A stretch of DNA of 37,395 nucleotides from a virus (Duplodnaviria; Heunggongvirae; Uroviricota; Caudoviricetes), in IMG/VR virus record IMGVR_UViG_3300045988_031779, positions 1 through 37,395 of that record, one strand, 5' to 3'. The position numbers were made by a program, and so were the translations under genes. A model generated the notes under the pieces. It was not told the DNA's origin. It made no database searches and saw only the letters and a program-made list of their open reading frames with translations. Positions 32,869 through 37,395 of the stretch are shown here, one piece after another; positions within the stretch are counted from its first letter, which is position 1, and every line of letters starts with the position of its first letter.

Positions 32869-33686
32869 AACCGGGAATTTATTTCGACATCAGCAACGAA
32901 GACTACCACGCCGGTGACGGCGTGAGTAAGTCGCAACTGGACATGGTTGCCAAGAATCCGGCGCTTCTTAAATGGGTTCAGGCAGCACCAGAAGACGAAG
33001 AGAAAAAGTCTGCACTGGATATGGGAACCGCATTGCACTGTCTGCTTCTGGAGCCTGGAGAGTTCGACAAACGCTTCATTGTTTCACCGAAATTCGATCG
33101 TCGGACGAAACAAGGTAAAGCTGACGAAGAGGCATTTCTTCGTGATGTGGCGGATATGGGGATTACGGTACTTGATGCCGAGCAGTGGCGGAAACTGGAG
33201 CTGATGCGTGATAGCGCAATGGCTCACCCGGCGGCACGCTGGATGCTGGAAGCACCTGGTTACTGCGAAGCATCAATGTACTGGAACGATGAAGATACTG
33301 GTGAGTTGTGCCGCATTCGTCCAGACAAATGGCTGAACGAGCACAACGTGATCGTCGACGTGAAAAAGGTTGCAGATATGGACCGTTTTGCACGCCACAT
33401 CGAGGAATTCCGCTACCACGTGCAGGACGCAATGTACCGCGAAGGCGCAATGAGGGTTACTGGTCAGCCGCATGGTTTTTTCTTTCTTGCCGTGAGCGAA
33501 AGCATTGATTGTGGTCGATATCCGGTACGCGTGTTCGAGCTGGATGCGCCGGATGTCGATGCCGGGCACGCTCTGTTCCGCCGGGATCTGAATACCTATC
33601 ACGAATGCCGCATCAACGATGAATGGGGCGGCGTGGAAATTATTAAACGCCCTGAGTGGGCACGCAAACAGGATATGTACGTATGA
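32865..33686 (+). CDS. Putative recombination exonuclease (RecE/exodeoxyribonuclease VIII-like PD-(D/E)XK family), 273 aa
   Basis: N-terminal GIYFDISNEDYHAGDGVSKSQLD and a D...IVDVKK core; ATGA-coupled to the downstream annealing protein gene. Confidence 0.55.
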   Translation: MKPGIYFDISNEDYHAGDGVSKSQLDMVAKNPALLKWVQAAPEDEEKKSALDMGTALHCLLLEPGEFDKRFIVSPKFDRRTKQGKADEEAFLRDVADMGITVLDAEQWRKLELMRDSAMAHPAARWMLEAPGYCEASMYWNDEDTGELCRIRPDKWLNEHNVIVDVKKVADMDRFARHIEEFRYHVQDAMYREGAMRVTGQPHGFFFLAVSESIDCGRYPVRVFELDAPDVDAGHALFRRDLNTYHECRINDEWGGVEIIKRPEWARKQDMYV

Positions 33687-34600
33687 GCAACGAAATTGCA
33701 ATCACCAATGATGTGTTGGCTATTCGGGGAATCGATGAAGTTACATGGAGCGCTCTGAAAAACAGTATTTACCCTGGGGCAAAAGATGAATCGGTAATGA
33801 TGGCAGTCGATTACTGCCGGGCGCGTCAACTCGATCCTCTTCTTAAGCCGGTACACCTGGTACCAATGAGTGTTAAAGACTCGAAGAGTGGAAAGAATGA
33901 ATGGCGCGACGTGGTCATGCCTGGCATTGGACTTTATCGCATTCAGGCCTACCGTTCCGGCGATTACGCAGGCGCTAATGAACCTGAGTTCGGTCCAGAT
34001 GTAACACAAACGCTTTCAGGCGTGGAGGTTACCTTCCCTCAGTGGTGTAAGTACACCGTCAGCAAGCGAATGGCAAGCGGGGAAATCGTAGAGTTTAGCG
34101 CCAAAGAATACTGGATTGAGAACTATGCAACTGGGGGGCGTGACACATCGGCACCAAATGCCATGTGGAAAAAGCGCCCTTATGCGCAGTTGGCAAAATG
34201 CGCAGAGGCACAGGCATTACGTAAAGCATGGCCGGAGATTGGTCAACAAGCCACAGCTGAGGAAATGGAAGGTAAATATATCGACTCACCTGACATTATT
34301 GAACGTGACGTAACTCCAAGAAGTCAGGCAAAGCACGGCACAGCATCCAGCATGAACAGTCTGATCAACGCTAAAACAGTGAAAAAGCCTGATGAGCAAA
34401 CGCGTAAAGCGGATAGCCGTGATCCAGAAGAAATGCTGATGGCCTTTACCAGCGCAGCGATGAATTACAGCACTGTCTCCGAACTGGATAAGGCTTACAA
34501 ATACATTGCACAAAAACTTTCAGATGATGACGAACTGCTGGCAAAAGCCACCGACGTTTACAGCGTTCGTCGGGAAGAATTAAACGAAACATCTATGTAA
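33683..34600 (+). CDS. Single-strand annealing protein of the Bet(Red-beta)/RecT superfamily, about 305 aa
   Basis: By-eye alignment with lambda Bet: DPLLKPVHLVP vs NPWTKEIYAFP and WKKRPYAQLAKCAEAQALRKAWPEIG vs WQSHPKRMLRHKAMIQCARLAFGFAG. ATG at 33683 overlaps the upstream stop. Confidence 0.7.
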   Translation: MSNEIAITNDVLAIRGIDEVTWSALKNSIYPGAKDESVMMAVDYCRARQLDPLLKPVHLVPMSVKDSKSGKNEWRDVVMPGIGLYRIQAYRSGDYAGANEPEFGPDVTQTLSGVEVTFPQWCKYTVSKRMASGEIVEFSAKEYWIENYATGGRDTSAPNAMWKKRPYAQLAKCAEAQALRKAWPEIGQQATAEEMEGKYIDSPDIIERDVTPRSQAKHGTASSMNSLINAKTVKKPDEQTRKADSRDPEEMLMAFTSAAMNYSTVSELDKAYKYIAQKLSDDDELLAKATDVYSVRREELNETSM

Positions 34601-34649
34601 CCACCACCGCGGCGCCACGCGCGCCGCACTGCAACCAAGAGAGGTATTT

Positions 34650-34898
34650 ATGAAAGGTGCATTAGGTAAGAAGGAACTCCTGGCGGTGGTGCCACTGTCA
34701 TGGAGCACTATCGACCGTATGGAGCGCGCAGGGGAATTTCCTAAACGCTGGTATATCACCGATAAACGCTGCGCATGGAACCGTGACGAAGTTGAGCGTT
34801 GGCTTGATGAACGTCAGGCAGCAAGCCCGGCAGAGTTCCAGGGTAAAAAACCTCCTGTTCAGCAACGTGTATATCGTCCCGTGAGCAACGCTGCATGA
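34650..34898 (+). CDS. AlpA-like DNA-binding protein, candidate excisionase, 82 aa
   Basis: Pattern LSWSTIDRMERAGEFPKRWYITDKRCAWNRDEVERWL matches the AlpA/Xis-type winged-helix family; located near the integrase. Confidence 0.6.
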   Translation: MKGALGKKELLAVVPLSWSTIDRMERAGEFPKRWYITDKRCAWNRDEVERWLDERQAASPAEFQGKKPPVQQRVYRPVSNAA

Positions 34899-35007
34899 GT
34901 GCGCTGCTAAGGCACTGGATCAAATGGTCAGGATGGTACTTATTCCTGGCCTCTGTTTCAGCATGGCTTTATCTGCTGGCATTAATTTTCAGAGAGGGTT
35001 GGATTAA

Positions 35008-35307
35008 GTGAGAAAGTTAAGCCGACTTGAAAAATACCACATGAATAAGGTTTCAATGCGCAGTCCGTCAAAGATTGTCGCCGTTACTCCTGCGGCGATA
35101 GAGATCGAAAAACGCGCGATTGAAAGAGAGAAAAAAGGGCAGTTCCGCATTGCCGCTCACCTTTGGCTTCAGTGTATGGATGTTGCTTCTGGTGATGTTG
35201 AACGTGCAAGGATCGCGGTTCGCAGGGACCAATGTATCACAAAAGGTAACGGCCTTCGCCGTGGCGACTATAGCGGCATAGGATGTTGTGGGGTGGTTTA
35301 TGACTAA
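35008..35307 (+). CDS. Hypothetical protein, 99 aa (start uncertain)
   Basis: Track ORF from GTG 35008; alternative ATG at 35041; overlaps the methyltransferase start by 8 nt. Confidence 0.4.
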   Translation: MRKLSRLEKYHMNKVSMRSPSKIVAVTPAAIEIEKRAIEREKKGQFRIAAHLWLQCMDVASGDVERARIAVRRDQCITKGNGLRRGDYSGIGCCGVVYD

Positions 35308-35950
35308 GAAATACACACTAATCTATGCAGATCCACCCTGGGTATACCGGGACAAAGCCGCAGATGGTAATCGCGGTGCCGGTTTTAAATATCCAGTTAT
35401 GAGTGTGCTGGATATCTGCCGCCTTCCTGTGTGGGATTTGACCGCTGAAAACTGTCTGTTGGCCATGTGGTGGGTGCCAACACAACCACTCGAAGCACTA
35501 AAAGTTGTTGAAGCCTGGGGATTCCGTCTGATGACGATGAAGGGCTTCACGTGGATAAAATGTGGTAGTCGACAACCAGATAAACTGGTTATGGGTATGG
35601 GACACATGACTCGCGCCAATAGTGAAGATTGCCTGTTTGCGGTAAAGGGAAAACTACCTACGCGCATTAATGCAGGGATCGTTCAGTCATTTACCGCACC
35701 GCGGCTTGAGCATTCAAGAAAGCCAGATATCGTTCGTGAAAAACTTGTGCAATTATTAGGCGATGTTTCTCGCATTGAACTGTTCGCCCGCCAGACGTCT
35801 CATGGCTTTGATGTTTGGGGTAATCAGTGCGAAGACCCGGCAGTGCAACTACACCCTGGATACGCGTTGGATATTGGCGGATTAACAAATGCATTCAGCA
35901 ATGCTCCGCTGTCACCAACAGACATCCAGGGGCGGGAGCGTGCTGCATGA
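35300..35950 (+). CDS. MT-A70-like DNA N6-adenine methyltransferase (orphan), 216 aa
   Basis: Hallmark LIYADPPW motif near the N-terminus; start preferred at ATG 35300; no adjacent restriction endonuclease gene. Confidence 0.7.
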   Translation: MTKKYTLIYADPPWVYRDKAADGNRGAGFKYPVMSVLDICRLPVWDLTAENCLLAMWWVPTQPLEALKVVEAWGFRLMTMKGFTWIKCGSRQPDKLVMGMGHMTRANSEDCLFAVKGKLPTRINAGIVQSFTAPRLEHSRKPDIVREKLVQLLGDVSRIELFARQTSHGFDVWGNQCEDPAVQLHPGYALDIGGLTNAFSNAPLSPTDIQGRERAA

Positions 35951-36141
35951 ACAGGGCATCACCAGCAGATTTAAGAAAATGCCTTGAAACTGCAAACATG
36001 CTTGCACACAGCGGGATCAGGTTTGTTCCAATTCCCGCTGTCACTGATGCTGAATTTGCAACACTGTCAGCAATATTCGAAAACAAAATTGAATCACTGG
36101 CAGCAGAAGCAGAGATGGAAGAAAATCAGCAGAACTATTAA
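35947..36141 (+). CDS. Hypothetical small protein, 64 aa
   Basis: ATG at 35947 in ATGA overlap with the methyltransferase stop; track ORF 35827..36141 is the same frame extended into the methyltransferase gene. Confidence 0.4.
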   Translation: MNRASPADLRKCLETANMLAHSGIRFVPIPAVTDAEFATLSAIFENKIESLAAEAEMEENQQNY

Positions 36142-36144
36142 ACG

Positions 36145-37395
36145 TTATTCCCCCGCCATCCACTTCTCAAACTTCGACGGGGAGAACGGAATCAGATCCG
36201 TATGCTCCCCGTCAATCCATGAATCAATCATATCGGCCCACTGCTGCAACATGTAGGCGCGCTGTCTGGCGTATTCCGCTTTGTTATATACGGCGCGCAC
36301 ACCTTTCTGCTCATGTGCCAGAGCCTTTTCAATCCAGTCTGAAGGATAACCAGCCTCATGCAACAACGTACTGGCTGTACGGCGCATATCATGTACAGTG
36401 AAGTCCTGAATATGCTCACCATCTTCATTTATTATTTTCACCGTTCTGTCGATCAGAGAGTTCAGCGCGGCATTAGATAATGGCTTCCGGAAATTGTAAC
36501 GACCAGGAACCAGATATTCACTTCCACCAGCGCACATCTGCAACCCGACCAATATATCCTGTGCCTGTTTAGGCAGGTAAATAACGTGCGCCCGGCTTCC
36601 CTTCATGCGGTCTGGAGGAATTGTCCATGTCCATTTTTTAAAATCTATTTCATCCCACGTTGCATTGGTGAATTCGCCCTTACGAACCATAGTGATAAGC
36701 ACCAGTTTTAAAGCCATTTTCATAGTGCCCATAGCACCAATGGCATCCAGCGTGCGGAAGAACAGGCCAATTTCTTCTGGTGTCAGTGTTCGCTCTCGTG
36801 GTTTAAATATGGCGATAGACGAAGGTTTAATGTCAGCCGCAGGATTAAACAAACCATGACCACGGTCATTGGCGTGACGGTATACGCTACTGATGATCTC
36901 CCTGGCCTGCACTGCTGTTGCCCGACCACCGCGTTCGACAATCCGGTCACACAAATCACGAACCATCGATGTGGTAATTTCAGCCATCATTTTGTTGCCA
37001 AGAACCGGAAGTATGTCACGGTCGATCACCGCCTGCTTCATTGCGCGGGTACTGTCAGCCAGGATGACGTGTTTCATATAACTGTCGGTATGTACCGCAA
37101 ACGTCTCGGCACCACGAATCTTTTTGATACCGTCACGTTTAGCCGCAGCCGGTGACTGGCCTGCTTTAAGCAGCTTCTTTGCAGCAATCAGTTCTTCTCG
37201 CGCTTCTGCCAGGCTGATACCGTCACGCCCATACTGCCCGATTACCAGTGTTTCGCGGCGACCGTTGATACGGTAGTCATAGCGAAACGAGACCGTGCCT
37301 GACGTAAGCACAGCTACATACAGCCCGTCACGATCGGAGACCTTGTACAGTTTGTCCTGCGGCTTGAGGTTTTTTAATTTTGTATCGGTAAGCAC
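36145..37395 (-). CDS. int: Tyrosine integrase (P4-type), N-terminus at window edge
   Basis: N-terminus (V/M)LTDTKLKNLKPQDKLYKVSDRDGLYVAV typical of P4-family integrases; C-terminal catalytic HDMRRT and conserved Tyr region. First codon is GTG at the last window bases, so the true start may lie just outside. Confidence 0.85.
   Translation of the reverse strand: MLTDTKLKNLKPQDKLYKVSDRDGLYVAVLTSGTVSFRYDYRINGRRETLVIGQYGRDGISLAEAREELIAAKKLLKAGQSPAAAKRDGIKKIRGAETFAVHTDSYMKHVILADSTRAMKQAVIDRDILPVLGNKMMAEITTSMVRDLCDRIVERGGRATAVQAREIISSVYRHANDRGHGLFNPAADIKPSSIAIFKPRERTLTPEEIGLFFRTLDAIGAMGTMKMALKLVLITMVRKGEFTNATWDEIDFKKWTWTIPPDRMKGSRAHVIYLPKQAQDILVGLQMCAGGSEYLVPGRYNFRKPLSNAALNSLIDRTVKIINEDGEHIQDFTVHDMRRTASTLLHEAGYPSDWIEKALAHEQKGVRAVYNKAEYARQRAYMLQQWADMIDSWIDGEHTDLIPFSPSKFEKWMAGE

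Noticed and set aside
36145-37395. Possibility that the integrase is a truncated pseudogene
   Set aside because: The ORF runs uninterrupted to the window edge with an intact catalytic C-terminus; the GTG first codon at the edge more likely reflects the window boundary than truncation.

Overview
The window is almost entirely a mosaic temperate prophage of an enterobacterial host, read here by eye without any database search. From right to left: a P4-type tyrosine integrase (36145..37395, window edge), a rightward operon with an AlpA-like Xis candidate, an MT-A70-like adenine methyltransferase and a Bet/RecT-family annealing protein with its exonuclease partner, a double-HTH repressor lacking a LexA-like autocleavage domain (31676..32260), a divergent Cro-like gene followed by lambda O/P-like replication genes with in-gene iterons, a nin-like block (Ead/Ea22-like, DUF551-like, PD-(D/E)XK nucleases, secreted proteins), small and large terminase, an inserted tRNA-Arg(UCU) plus moron ORF, then a tightly coupled T7-like virion module (portal to internal core proteins) ending in a tailspike that runs off the window start. 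Between the core proteins and the tailspike lies an accessory island with a visibly AT-rich two-gene membrane-protein module (3388..4780), a secreted AT-rich protein, a Bro-N antirepressor and a small LexA-box-controlled antirepressor-like gene. The top candidate for an undescribed system is the AT-rich membrane module, as a possible defence or superinfection-exclusion cargo. The other main observations are a 17-bp palindrome (ATTACC-N5-GGTAAT) present in at least 14 intergenic copies, three of them clustered between the repressor and cro-like genes, and an SOS-antirepressor induction circuit. Lysis genes and attachment sites were not seen and are presumably outside the window. All family assignments are from motif recognition and gene order; coordinates of starts are best guesses.
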